A DNA stretch of 64,000 bases from Azolla caroliniana. Its lineage: Eukaryota; Plantae; Polypodiophyta. Below the pieces are notes generated by a model. That model did not search any database. It worked only from the letters and a program-made list of their open reading frames with translations, and was not told the DNA's origin. A program made the translations under genes and the position numbers. Below are positions 40,514 through 52,525 of this stretch, piece by piece. The stretch covers positions 12,090,001-12,154,000 of the forward strand of contig JBHGNT010000006.1 in assembly GCA_043228905.1 (NCBI GenBank). Direction: 5' to 3'. How positions within the stretch are numbered: position 1 is the stretch's first letter; each line of letters opens with the position of its first letter.

Positions 40514-41500
40514 TGTCGCGGAAATCTGCGCTAGCGGGTCAGTCGAACGGGACCACCGGGGTCTGTGACCAAGGAGGATGAATCAAGTGACTTGTGCTTG
40601 TAAGGAATCGGTCGTTTAGGTTTACAATCGGATCGTTCTTGTTGTCAAAGACGCTTCTCTGGGTTGACCGAGAGAAGAGAGAGAGAGAGAGAAAATATTT
40701 ACTACACCACAAAGATGTCACGAAGCACATGACACATGTGCCAAACGTCGCAATGTGCATGTTACATGTGCGCAGACAAGCACCGGCTTCTATCCACAAG
40801 TGGTGATGGAGGATCGAAGGGATCGTACAAGACAATGAAGCCGGACCGTTAGTGTTTTGACCCGGACGGACTAGCGCAAGCAAGAAAGTATTAAAGGTAG
40901 ATAGGTAAATAGATAGATACGAGCAAGAATTCTAATTCCTGTTTTAAACCTTTAATCTCAAAATTGAGAGACAAGATACATTGCCAATGAGACAACTAAG
41001 CTTTCATTATTATCTTATTAATTCGATACATCGCTTGATTTCCTTTCCCTTCCTTTTCTTCTCATATAGATGGCCCCATGCATATGATGCATGTCAGGGT
41101 GTAAGACATGCATACAATGCATGCGATGCATGATTGACATTTGGCGCCCATGCATGATGAGCATGTCCCTCATTCAAGCATGTACGAGCAGTTACATGTG
41201 AAAAGTACAACGAAGAAAATAAACTTTTAAGAAAACAACCTAGCCTTAATGGTATGTCAATTGCCTATTATCTTGGAGGTGTAAGGTTCAAAACCTTACT
41301 TGAAGCTCATTGTATGCTAGTAGCCTTAGGCTTATTTTTATGTTTTCTATAATGACCACCTAAACACACATCACACGTGCACATTAACGTGCTAATATAC
41401 ATGTGTAGCCATCACTCCTTTCATACGTGTGCATATTGTACCTTCTCAATTTTCCTCGTTCCACGCGATTTTCACACTATTGTCGAAAATCTTCATGACA
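40514..41500 (-). repeat. G1 5' LTR
   Basis: Homologous to 2372-3278; adjacent to the PBS. Confidence 0.9.
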
Positions 41501-41504
41501 ACGG

Positions 41505-41962
41505 TTCACGCGTAAAGAAAAAGGCAAGAAGAAGTTGCCGGAGTACGGCATCGATAGGGAAGAGTTGGATCAGAGCGAGTCCAATTCCGCAAAGAACAAA
41601 GACGGATCTTCGGAAGAGAAGTCTGAGTCCGCCAAGAGGGCCACAAAATTGGCGAACCAGAAGTCATGGCATTCCACCCGCCAACAACACCCCGTAATTC
41701 GTTATACATATAACGAGTATATGGTGCATCATTATGCCTACATGGTGAAGGTGGCAGCCATGCATGAGCCGGAGAGATATGCAAAAGCGGCTAAGGATCC
41801 GGAGCCGTAGAAGGCCATGGGGGAAGAGATGCCTACACTCATTGAAAATGAGACATGGGACTTGGTGGACATACCGAAAGGAGTGAAGCCGATCGGTTGT
41901 CGGTGGGTGTATAAGGTAAAATGCAATGCCGATAGCTCAATTGGTGGCAAAAGGCTACGCGC
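41505..41962 (+). pseudogene. pol: C1 INT-RT linker and RT start
   Basis: YMVHHYAYM...EP; NETWDLVDIPKGVKPIGCRWVYKVK. Confidence 0.88.
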
Positions 41963-42636
41963 TGTCGTGAAGAAAACCGTCCACAAGCGGAATCGGTGCA
42001 CCGGAGCGTAGGAACCGGCTCTTCATGCACGTACGCCTTATGTTGGACATAAGAAGATCCTAGGTAGGTAGATTCGGTAGGTAGGAAGTTAATGGGAAAC
42101 GGCTCCTTCCTTGCCTATAAAAGAGGGAGACGAGGAGGGGGGAAGTTTTTTTTTTTTTGGCAGAATCAGAGAGGACGAAGTGACGTCGGGTTGTCGGTCG
42201 AAGGCTTCTCTCTCTTCCATACTCTCCATAGCTTCTTTCTGTGCAGGTTTCGGGAGGCTCGCACTGCTCTGAGGAATGCCCGAGTGCTTCCGGCAGCACC
42301 TCCAACCTACTCCTTTCTTTCTGAGCGTTTGCGAACAGGCATCGGCATCTGTTCGCCGGCCTGTTCGGTTGTAACCGACTTCGTGCTTCTTGTTGTTTGT
42401 CTCTGTTAATATATACATACATACCTTCGTGCCTCTCTGTGTTGGTTTCCCCCCCGCCGCTCACGTCTTCGTGTCGAAGGGCCGTGTCCCTGTGGATCTA
42501 CGCTCGCACGTAGTGGGTCCCTTCCTTTCTCTATTGCTCATTGGTACAAGACCCCTGAGGTCCCGCCTCATTCCACGCATTCGCGAGGAATACCTCGACA
42601 TCTTGGTGAACCCGACGTGAAGGGCGGCAAGGGAGC

Positions 42637-45600
42637 ATGGAGAAGAAAGAAGACTTCGGCTTCGAGGAGATGATGGCAAAAATCGTGATGGAAGCCGGAC
42701 GGAAGATGGCGAAGCGAGATGCGGCTCAACAAGCCGTCGAAAGGGTGGTCGATCGAGTCGGCCGGTTCAATGGGAATGAGATCCCAAAATTTTTGGGAGC
42801 CTACAAGGCCGAGATGGCGAAAGGGGGCGTGGACGAGGAGATGCGGCTAGAGTATTTTCCTCGAGTAGCGGCCGCATCGGTGCACAAGGAGGTCAAGGAG
42901 CTACGAGAAGCTCACAAGTTGTGGGTGTCCTTGGAGGTAGCCCTATTTGAAGCGTACGGGTACGCGAAACTGGAGTGGGTATGCCGGCAACCCGATGGGG
43001 AGCGGTCGGCAACAACGTGGCCCGCGAGCGGCAGAGAAGAGAGAGCGGCGAGTGAGTACGCACTACTGCCGGAAGAGAGCTTAACGCAAAATGGTTCGGA
43101 GGAGCTCGACCTAGAAGCGCTAATACGAGAGGCATGCGAGCTTGTGAAGGGGAAAATCGAAGCCGAAGAAGGGCTTACTATGGAGTCGGGCCGGAGGCGA
43201 TCAGAATATGCGGAGGAAGAAGCCTCCCTAAGCGTAGAAGACGGGGCCTATACGGAGGCCGAAAGAGCGTACGACGGCGACATGGAAGAGGGTGCGGAGC
43301 AAGCGACCCTCTTGCCTTGCGGTGAAGGGACGGCCATGGAGGCCGGTAACTACGGATTCGGGGCATGGAGGCCTGAAACATCGAGTGGGGAGGAGACAAG
43401 CGGTGGTGCCGGGTCTTTACCCACACCGATTCTAGAGGCTCCGGCGGTCGGCCCGAGTGCCGGCGTGAGACCTAGAGCGACAGGCGGTGGCGGCGACAAG
43501 GAGGGCAACCAAGATGACGGCAAGGGGATCGAGGAAGAGGAGGCGGCAAACGTAATCGAGGCTTCTGTGATCGGGAACGAGGTAGCCACGGACAACGATG
43601 TCCGGATAGAGGTGGCTACGGACATAACAAGCGGCGGTGCCGCGACCTTACGCACACCGGTCCTAGAGGCTCCGGGCCCGAGTGCCGGCGTGAGACCTAG
43701 AACGATGGGCGGTGGTGGCGGCAAGGCGGGCAACCGAGACGATGACATAGAAGAGACGACAGCAAGCGTAATCGAGGCTTACGCGGTTGGAGGTGGGGTA
43801 GCCACGGACAACGACGTCTGGACGGAAGCGACTATGGACACGACGAGTGGGGGTGCCGGGTCCTTACCCACACCGGCCCGAGAGCCCACGTGAGACTTAG
43901 AGCGACGGGCAGTGGCGGTGGCAAAGCGGACGATCGAAACGACGACGAGGAAGGTCATAGCGGACAGAGAAGAGACCCCTTGACACCGGGGCCGGAGACT
44001 GTAGCGGTTGTGCTAGAATGCCAACATAAGACCGGAGAGAAGGACGGTGGCCATGAGGAGGCATGGCCCGGAGCGAACACGTGCGAAGATGAGGATGCGA
44101 GGCCCGTAACGGGCATATACAAGAGGACCGACGGAGAGGTCGGGAGTGGCAAGGAGGAGAGAGTCGGGAACCGACCCGATTGGAAGATGAACCGGTCGAT
44201 AATCCAACACGACCGGAAGATGAGGCGGAAGAAGATTGGAGCGGGGTCCGGTCAACCGGGCCCAAACCGAAGAAGAGCCGGCAAGGCTGGATTGGTGCGG
44301 ACAAACATGTACCGGCCGGTTACGGAAGGGAGCCGACCAAACCGGAACTCGATCGGCCGAGACCGATCTGGGCGAAGGCTAAGTCGGCATGATTGGAGGT
44401 CGAGGCGAACGAGCCACAACACCCGGTGGGAGCCGGTGAGCGCGAGGAGGAGGCTAACCGGGCACGGTGGTTACGGCTTGACGGAAGACCGAGAGCAAGA
44501 GGAACCCTCCACACCTATTCTTGAGACTTCGGCGGTTGCGGATCGACATAAGACCGAAGAGACGGCGGGTGGCGGCGAGGAGTTAGAGGCCGATGCGGAG
44601 TTGGAGACCGGTGTAGATATCCGGTATGGAATAATGGACGAGCGGGGCCAAGACGGCAAGCCCGAGTTGGAATGGGCTATGGCAACGAAGGAAGAAGAGA
44701 TCAACGCGGAGGTCGGGTCTACGGTGGATGAGGTGCGTAATACGAAGTATGCCCTGCGGCGTAAAACGGAGCATGCACTACGGCCGGCGAAGGGCCAAGA
44801 AGCAAGCGTGCATTCGGAAGAGCCGCAACGAGTGACTAACGATGACAGTCGGAGGAAGCCTTCGAGAGGCAAGCGCGGGACGACGGACGGTGCGACGAGA
44901 CGCTAAGATCGACGGAACGAGACGAGCGTGATCGGCATGAACGAAGGATTGTGTCTGGGAAAACAGAGGGGATGCGTGGAGAACGGAGGGTCACGTACCG
45001 TGAAGAGAAAACGGGGCATCCCAAAGGATGTGTGCGGCCTAGCGGGCCAGGCGGGCCAAGAGGGTGCAAGTCGAGGCGAGGCGGTAACGAGAGCCTCGAG
45101 GGACACCCGCACAGAGGTCGGGATGACGATACGCTCTACTACAAGAGAGCACGGAGAGCAAGGGAGAATCGAGGTGCGCGTAATGGGGTCACCTAAGGGC
45201 CAAAGAATGAGCGCATATTCGGGGGACAACATCGGCGCACGGGAAGAGCCTACGGAAGGCAAGTGCGGAGCGGGAAGAGTCGACACACCGAGGTGTTCGG
45301 CATGCGGAGACGATAAAACCAAAGGAGGAACATAACCAGAGGAACATACGCGGCACGAAAAGGGCGGGATCCAGAGTGCGATCGGAGAGATCGGGAGCAC
45401 ACCCGGAGGACATACGAGCCTTTGCGAGGAATTCACGCGGCGAGAGACGGAGCGGGGAGGTGCCGGTATCGGCGGATGATTGGTGAGCATGGAAGGCTAT
45501 GTCTTGAGAACCAGGGGAGGTGCATGGAGAGCAATGGACTACGCACCGGGAAGAGGAAGCGAGGCGTCTCGGAAGGCATGCAAGGCCAAGCGGGCCAAGA

Positions 45601-47383
45601 GGACGAGAGTCGGGATGAAGCGGTAACGGGAGTCGCGAAGGACACTGACATGGTGGTCGGGATGACGGTATGCTCTACGGCGAGAGAGCACGGCGAGCAA
45701 AGGAGAAGCGAGGAGCTTGTAATGAGGTAGCCGAGGGACCGAAGAACGAACGCATGTTCGGGAGACAACAAGGGCACACGGAAAGAGCCTATGGAAGGTG
45801 AGTGCGGAACGGAGGGAATCGGCACGAGGTGTTCGAGACGAAGAGAGGATCGAGCCGGAGATAGAACACAAGCGGTACGCGAGGGGCGGAATCCGACGAG
45901 CAAACGGGGTGACCGAGGGCCTAATCGGAGGAGCTACGTGACGGACAAAGTAAGAGAAACCGGTTCGGCTTCAACCGGCATGGTCAATGACTCGTCCGGA
46001 GGAGCAGCGATGGAGGAGTTGACGCAGGCGATAAAGGATCTCCAGATCGGCCAGGCTCGAAGGGAAGGCGGCGAACCGGCTTGTGACCGACGGTCGGCAG
46101 CAGGGAACAAGTGCATGTGGTGCGACGAGGTCGGCCACATCCGGAAGGACTGCGGCGATTTCGCAGAGGCATTGAGGAACCGGGTGGTGTACCTGTGGGA
46201 AGGCCGGGTGCATGCCGGCGATACCAAAAGGGCCCTAAACCGGAATGACGGGCGAGGAGGTATGAAGAGGCTGATGGAAGAGGCAGCGGCCTGACACGTG
46301 GAGGTCATCCACTACTCGGCGTCGGCCGGTATTCGAGTCGAGGGCAGCGAGGCCCGAAAAGAGAGCAAAGACGGATTCTGGTCGGCAATGCTGGAAGGCC
46401 TCGCCAGCGCACGGCTGAGGAAAGATGAAGCGGACCGCGGTGAGAGACGGGTCCGGGAAATAACCGGGTGGAGCGAACCGGTTGAGGAGAAGACGGGCTT
46501 CGTAGAAGCCGCCTGCCGGAACTACGAGGCTCTGGTAGAAGACAAACGAGTGGGGAAAGCCGGAGCGGTCGGGCCCTCACACCGATACGAGACCCGATTC
46601 GGGCAACGACGGAACGATGCCGATGGGTCCGGTGCGCAAGATAACCCCAGGAAGGGCGGATACCGACTGGGGATGGAAATAGAAAGGGCCACGGACCTAT
46701 GAAAGGTCCTAGAAGAACGGATCCTCGACAGCAAAGTGAAGTTGTCATTGCGGGAGGTGCTAGGGATCGCCAAGAAGGAGTTCCACGACTCCATTGTGGA
46801 CCTGGTGAAGCGGAAGAGGCTGTCGACGGAGACGGAACCGGAAAGACCGGTGGAGGTGCGGACGACGCACATCGACGACATGGCGCTGGAAGATGAGTGG
46901 GCGGAGAGCCACTATTCAAGGCCGCACTGGGCCCGAGCGACCACGGAGACCCCGATAAAGATCGGAGATGTTCAGGAACCGGTGGTGGCATTGGTGGACC
47001 ACGGTTCGGAAATAAACCTGATGTCCATGGACTTCTATAAGAAGGGAAAGTGGCCGATCAACACCAAGCACGGGTGGAAGATACGGGCGGCGACGCGCGC
47101 CACCGAGGAACTGCACGGGGCCTGCCCGAACGTGCGAGTCAAGATCGGCGACGTCGAGATTGACCAGCACTTCTTCGTACAGGAGACGTCCTCGCACCCG
47201 GTCATATTAGGGGAACCATACATCACGGCGGCGCGGATGGAGACCAAGGTGCTAGACAACGGTTCGGCCTACGCGAGGGTCAAAAGCCAGGACGGGCGCC
47301 ATTCGGTCCAATTTTTGACGGTGCGACCGAACCACGAGCGAAACCGCGAATCCCTCGGTGGCGAGAACCGGGAGGATTTTTAG
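42637..47383 (+). pseudogene. gag: G5 expanded gag-protease region with stops
   Basis: RFNGNEIPKFL N-terminus, about 3 kb of repetitive insert, CMWCDEVGHIRKDC knuckle, VALVDHGSEINL protease. Confidence 0.82.
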
Positions 47384-47439
47384 AGAGGGCTGCCAAGGCG
47401 TGGGGCCGAGACAGTCCGGACACTCGGGAAAGACCCCAC
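47374..47439 (+). promoter_or_regulatory. Putative -1 ribosomal frameshift signal (G5)
   Basis: G GAT TTT TAG followed by GGGCTG/CAGTCC and GTGGGG/CCCCAC pairings. Confidence 0.65.
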
Positions 47440-50400
47440 AGCTGTACAATAGAACCTAAACCGAAGAAACCCTGTACGATAAGTAAAAAATTTTGCTTCT
47501 CCAACAACGGAGGGTGTATGATAGTCGGCATCGTTGGCCGAGAAAAGGGAAGGGCAGAGGAGCGACTTCGAGCGCGCGGAGTTCTCGGCCCGGACGAGGA
47601 AATCAGCGGAGCCGTGGAGGCGATCTCCTTCGACGACACCTTGGGGATGCTGAGGAAGGTACCCGGAGAAGACCTTAACGAAGACCGGACGATACCGGTA
47701 TGTTCCGAAGAGATGTACGAATTCATCGCGAACTTCAGTCAGGGGCTCGAGCCGGATCGGACGGCCCGGGTTAGCACGAAGTACAAGACTGTGGACAGGA
47801 AGTTAAGGCCAGTCGCGGCACCCTTACCGGAGGGCAGCGAGTCCCGGATCAGAGGGGTTGCGTCGGACCCCAGTTTGCGAGATCCAGTCTGCATAGGACA
47901 CACCTTCATCGACGGGACGCTTCGGGATTTCAAAATCGGTGGGGGCGGGTTCCTACTGCCGGCGGAGGAAGACCGGTTTCGGAGGATGCTCGGAAGGCAC
48001 GGGAAAGCCTTCGCATTCTCACCGGAAGAGATCGGGTGCGTAGACTCGACAATCGTGGAGCCGATGGTGATATTCACGGTACCGCATGTACCATGGAATC
48101 TCAAGCCCATTCCAGTACCGAGAACTCACATCCCGAAGTTGATGGAGCTATTGAGGCAGAAAGTCGATATGGGCATTCTCGAACCGTCAAGTGCCCCATA
48201 CTCGAACCGATGGTTTACCGTACCAAAGAAAAACGGAACATTGCGCTTCATTCAAGACCTGCAGCCGGTCAACAGAGTGACCATTCGGAACACAGGAATC
48301 AGACCGACCATAGACGAGTTCGCGGAGGCCTTCGCCGGAAGGTCGATTTACTCGGTCGGTGATCTGTACTCGGGGTACGACCAGTTCCAGCTAGCCGTGG
48401 AGAGCAGAGACATTACGACGATGCGAACTCCCCTCGGCCTAGTGCGAATGTGTACCCTACCACCAGGAGGGACCAACTCGGTGGCCCACATGGTGAATGC
48501 AATGAACAAAGTACTGAGGGATTGCATCCCGGACATCACCATGCCGTTTCTAGACGATATCCTGATAAAGGGGTGCCCGGTGGAAGAGAAGGACAAGACA
48601 CTCGGGCCGGACGGATGCCGGCAATTCGTGGCAACACACATCGACGACTGTGAGAGGGTGCTACAAAGGCTAGAGGATGCGAGGCTCACCTTCTCCGGGG
48701 AGAAGTCGGCCTTCGGGCAATCAGAAATCCTGGTGGTCGGACACCTATGTGGACCATATGGCCGGAAGTCATCTCCGGCAAAGGTAGAAGCCATTTCCGC
48801 GATGAAGACCGACTGTAGCTCGGTTACGGAAGTTCGGAGGTTCCTGGGGGCATGCGCATTCTACCACATATGGATCCCGCATTACGCCCACGTTGCGGAA
48901 CCGCTATACGGGTTGCTTAAGAAGGGGCGAAAATTCGAGTGGCAGGACGAGCACACGGAGTCGGTCCGGAAGCTGAAGGAAGCTCTTGCGGCAGCACCGG
49001 CGCTCCGGAAGGCTGTCTACGAGAAGGGTACCCCGGTATACATAACGGTGGATACGAGTCCGACCGGGATCGGATGGGTCGTCAACCAAGAAAATGAGGA
49101 CGGCATTCGGTTCCCGATCCGATTCGGCGCAAAGGTCCTCAGCGAGCGACAGCGAGGGTACGCCCAAGTTAAACGCGAACTCTGGGGTATCGTTTCGGCA
49201 GTAAAGACCGACAAAGACTACCTGATTGGGACAGAAGTGATTATCGAGACGGATTGCCTGCCAATTCTCGGCATGGTTTCCGGATGCGCGACACCGGACC
49301 TGGCGATGGTCAGGTGGATAGCGTACATCAAGTCCCTGGACCCGGAAATACGGCACATTTCCGGAAAGGACAACGCCATGGCCGACATGCTTTCGAGGGC
49401 GAGGTTTGATGACGAGGGCGGCATGGTTTCGGAGGACGAAGAAGTCGGCGTGGACTTCTTCGGAGCAGCGTACGTGACGACCGATGGGACGAGCACTCCG
49501 ACACTTAACGACTTCGACGAGAGCAAGTACGACGGCGAGTGGCTCCAGATCGGTGGATTTTTGAGGACAATGATGCCGGATGCATCATGGACGAAGGACG
49601 AGGCCAACCGGATCCGGAAGAAAGCATACCGATTCTTTCTCCGGGACGGATACTTATGGAAGCACCCGAAGAAGAGGAACGGCGTCCCGCTCCGGGTGGT
49701 GGCGATGAAGGAAGAACAGGAGGAGCTGCTGACGACCTACCACGACAGCCCTTGGGCTGGACACCGAGGAACGTGGGCCACGTTCGAGAAGATAAAGGGG
49801 AAGTACTGGTGGCCGGGACTGTACCGGGACGTGCATCGGTTCGTGACAACTTGCGAGAGCTGTCAGATGCAATCCATAGTCCGACATCGGGACGGGCTTC
49901 ACCCTACGTACCCTCCGACCATCCACTTCAAATGGATGGTAGACCTGGTGACGATGCCGATGGGAGTAGGACAGATGCGGTATCTGGTCCTGGCTCGGGA
50001 AGATCTGACGAACCAGGTGGAAGGCCGGGCTCTTCAGAACAAAATGACTACAGCCGTATGTCGGTTCCTGATCGAGGACGTGATATGCCAGTACGGGTGC
50101 GTCGGGAAGATCGTGGCTGATCGCGGGGAGTTGGACGCCGAAGAGGCCGAGGAGTTGTTCCACTGGCTACGAGTCAAGCTCTCGCTTACCACTGCGTACA
50201 ATCCGGAGGCGAATGGAAAGGTGGAGCGCGGACACGGACCGATCGTCAAGGCGTTAGTTTGGGCATGCGGAGGTCAAGTCGGGAACTGGCCGCGGCTGCT
50301 GCCTTACGCGTTGTGGGCTGACCGAACTACGCACAGTTCGGTAACCGGATTCATGCCGGCAGAGCTCATGTTTGGGCAAAAGCCGATCATGCCGATGGAA

Positions 50401-50877
50401 CGTACAATCTTCTCATGGGCAACCGTGGACTGGAGAGACGAGATGAGCCGGGAGGAACTATTGGCGGCACGCATACGTCAGCTCGAGCGAAGGCCGGAGG
50501 ACGTGGAGCAGGCTGCGGGAAAGCTTCGGGAAGCAAGGATGAGGAACAAAGCCCGGTTCGACCGAACGCACCGGCTCCGACCGAAGAAGATCGAGGAAGG
50601 CGACTGGGTGCTAGTCTACGACAGCAACCTCGACAACCAGCACCGAGCGACACGGAAGTTCGCAAGAAGGTGGTTTGGGCCTTACGTGGTACAAAGCGCC
50701 AACGACAACGGGACGTATCATCTGGCGGAACTCGACGGCACAAGAATGGCGATACCGGTAGCTGGGAAGCGGATCAAAGCGTTCAAGAAGCGTCACGACG
50801 ATGAGCCGGATCCGGTTAACCTGGACCGGGACGACGAACGGTCCGAAACCGAGGAAGAACCGACGGGCGGGGAATGA
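47374..50877 (+). CDS. pol: G5 Pol (RT-RNaseH-integrase), open, in -1 frame to gag-PR
   Basis: [25 protein letters not shown] finger, GPY; no chromodomain. The frame is open from GGATTTT at 47374. Confidence 0.93.
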   Translation, partial: GFLERAAKAWGRDSPDTRERPHSCTIEPKPKKPCTISKKFCFSNNGGCMIVGIVGREKGRAEERLRARGVLGPDEEISGAVEAISFDDTLGMLRKVPGEDLNEDRTIPVCSEEMYEFIANFSQGLEPDRTARVSTKYKTVDRKLRPVAAPLPEGSESRIRGVASDPSLRDPVCIGHTFIDGTLRDFKIGGGGFLLPAEEDRFRRMLGRHGKAFAFSPEEIGCVDSTIVEPMVIFTVPHVPWNLKPIPVPRTHIPKLMELLRQKVDMGILEPSSAPYSNRWFTVPKKNGTLRFIQDLQPVNRVTIRNTGIRPTIDEFAEAFAGRSIYSVGDLYSGYDQFQLAVESRDITTMRTPLGLVRMCTLPPGGTNSVAHMVNAMNKVLRDCIPDITMPFLDDILIKGCPVEEKDKTLGPDGCRQFVATHIDDCERVLQRLEDARLTFSGEKSAFGQSEILVVGHLCGPYGRKSSPAKVEAISAMKTDCSSVTEVRRFLGACAFYHIWIPHYAHVAEPLYGLLKKGRKFEWQDEHTESVRKLKEALAAAPALRKAVYEKGTPVYITVDTSPTGIGWVVNQENEDGIRFPIRFGAKVLSERQRGYAQVKRELWGIVSAVKTDKDYLIGTEVIIETDCLPILGMVSGCATPDLAMVRWIAYIKSLDPEIRHISGKDNAMADMLSRARFDDEGGMVSEDEEVGVDFFGAAYVTTDGTSTPTLNDFDESKYDGEWLQIGGFLRTMMPDASWTKDEANRIRKKAYRFFLRDGYLWKHPKKRNGVPLRVVAMKEEQEELLTTYHDSPWAGHRGTWATFEKIKGKYWWPGLYRDVHRFVTTCESCQMQSIVRHRDGLHPTYPPTIHFKWMVDLVTMPMGVGQMRYLVLAREDLTNQVEGRALQNKMTTAVCRFLIEDVICQYGCVGKIVADRGELDAEEAEELFHWLRVKLSLTTAYNPEANGKVERGHGPIVKALVWACGGQVGNWPRLLPYALWADRTTHSSVTGFMPAELMFGQKPIMPMERTIFSWATVDWRDEMSREELLAARIRQLERRPEDVEQAAGKLREARMRNKARFDRTHRLRPKKIEEGDWVLVYDSNLDNQHRATRKFARRWFGPYVVQSANDNGTYHLAELDGTRMAIPVAGKRIKAFKKRHDDEPDPVNLDRDDERSETEEEPTGGE

Positions 50878-51549
50878 AGGCTGGACCGGTTTTCTCCGTC
50901 CCAACTCAATTTGGCGCATGCCGGTGGATGCGCGGTTAGGTGGGGGCGGATGTCGTGAAGAAAACCGTCCACAAGCGGAATCGGTGCACCGGAGCGTAGG
51001 AACTGGCTCTTCATGCACGTACGCCTTATGTTGGACATAAGAAGATCCTAGGTAGGTAGATTCGGTAGGTAGGAAGTTAATGGGAAACGGCTCCTTCCTT
51101 GCCTATAAAAGAGGGAGACGAGGAGGGGGGAAGTTTTTTTTTTTTGGCGGAATCAGAGAGGACGAAGTGACGTCGGGTTGTCGGTCGAAGGCTTCTCTCT
51201 CTTCCATACTCTCCGTAGGTTCTTTCTGTGCAGGTTTCGGGAGGCTCGCACTGCTCTGAGGAATGCCCGAGTGCTTCCGGCAGCACCTCCAACCTACTCC
51301 TTTCTTTCTGAGCGTTTGCGAACAGGCATCGGCATCTGTTCGCCGGCCTGTTCGGTTGTAACCGACTTCGTGCTTCTTGTTGTTTGTCTCTGTTAATATA
51401 TACATACATACCTTCGTGCCCTGGCTATATAGATAGGAAAGTTAAGGCCCTGGCTATATAAACACCTTGAGCTCCCTCATTTTTCATTTGTGCTGAGAGA
51501 ACTTTGGCCACTTTGTCTTGATGGATGATGGTGGCCAAAATCCCTAAAT

Positions 51550-51955
51550 CCGGAAACGGGCCGGTAAGCAAAACCGGAACCGGAACGGGTATGCAAACCG
51601 GAAACCGGCCGGTAAGCAAAACCGGAACCGGAACGGGTATGCAAACCGGAACCGGAATCGGCAAGCAAACCGGAACCGGAACCGGCCGGCAAGCAAAACC
51701 GGAACCGAAACCGGCAAGCAAACTGGAACCGGAACCGGTCGGCAAGCAAACCGGAACCGAAACCGGCAAGCAAATCGGAACCTGCCGGCAAGCAAAACCG
51801 GACCCGGAACCGGCAAGCAAACCGGAACCGGCCGGCAAGCAAAACCGGAAACCGGCCGGCAAGCAAAACCGGAACCGAAACCGGCAAGCAAACCGGAACC
51901 GGAACCGGCAAGCAAACCGGAACCGGTCGGCAAGCGAAATGGAACCGGCTACCGG
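51550..51955 (+). repeat. AACCGG/GCAAGCAA-based complex tandem array in the G6 LTR
   Basis: Repeated AAACCGGAACCGG(CCGG)CAAGC units. Confidence 0.9.
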
Positions 51956-52525
51956 ACGAGGTTGGACGCGGACGGACGAAAGATTGGATCATGCAACAAA
52001 CTAAAGTAAAGGTCAAGTGGACGGTCGCATGCAACTAAAGAAAAAGCCATGCAACTAAAAATAGATTCAACGAAAAGAAAAGCTATGCAACTAAAAGTGG
52101 AGGCATATGATCAACGAGGAACTCCATATTTATATATTTTTTTTTTCCTACACTAGGATAGACTCTCCATATTATCTTAATTTTTTCTGGTCCTTCTCAA
52201 CTCCCTTATCTTAGGAAGCCATAATACTCATAGGAAGCCATATCTACCAAAACCCCTAATTTTTCTTTTCTATTAATCTTAGTAAACCTAAAACTTCTAA
52301 ATCCCAATCTTGGGACATATTGTAATTTCTTTTCCCTTTATTAATGAAATTTGTGAATCTTTATCATTTTGCATTAATTGTTTAATATAATCATACGAAT
52401 CCGATATCTTCTGGTCGGAGGCCCCGGGGTCCTGCCTCAAAGTTCGCGTATCCTCGTCGTATTTTCGCGACATCTTTGGTGAACCCGACGTGAAGCGAGG
52501 CAGTAGGAGGATATCAAGTACGAAG

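Larger units (their letters stand above)
2372..41500 (-). mobile_element. G1: tRNA-Trp-primed non-chromovirus Ty3/gypsy element with many nested insertions
   Basis: LTRs 2372-3278 and 40514-41500, TSD ACGG (2368-2371, 41501-41504), degenerate PBS 40491-40507, PPT next to 3279. Coding pieces at 3279-3998, 15903-17592, 23290-23900 and 38945-40474. Confidence 0.88.

Noticed and set aside
42601-42620. tRNA gene fragments
   Set aside because: Only 12-17-nt primer-binding sites; no cloverleaf.
43890-45900. env-like gene in G5
   Set aside because: Lies within gag, is hydrophilic and low complexity, with no visible signal peptide or transmembrane segment.
47739-50743. Many antisense and alternate-frame ORFs over pol
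   Set aside because: Expected in GC-rich coding DNA; not conserved between G5 and G6.
51425-52034. Overlapping repetitive ORFs
   Set aside because: Result of a stop-poor AACCGG array in the G6 LTR.
52490-52525. GTG starts inside the PBS (also 30089, 33642)
   Set aside because: ORF-caller artefact; a downstream ATG is the plausible start in a eukaryote.
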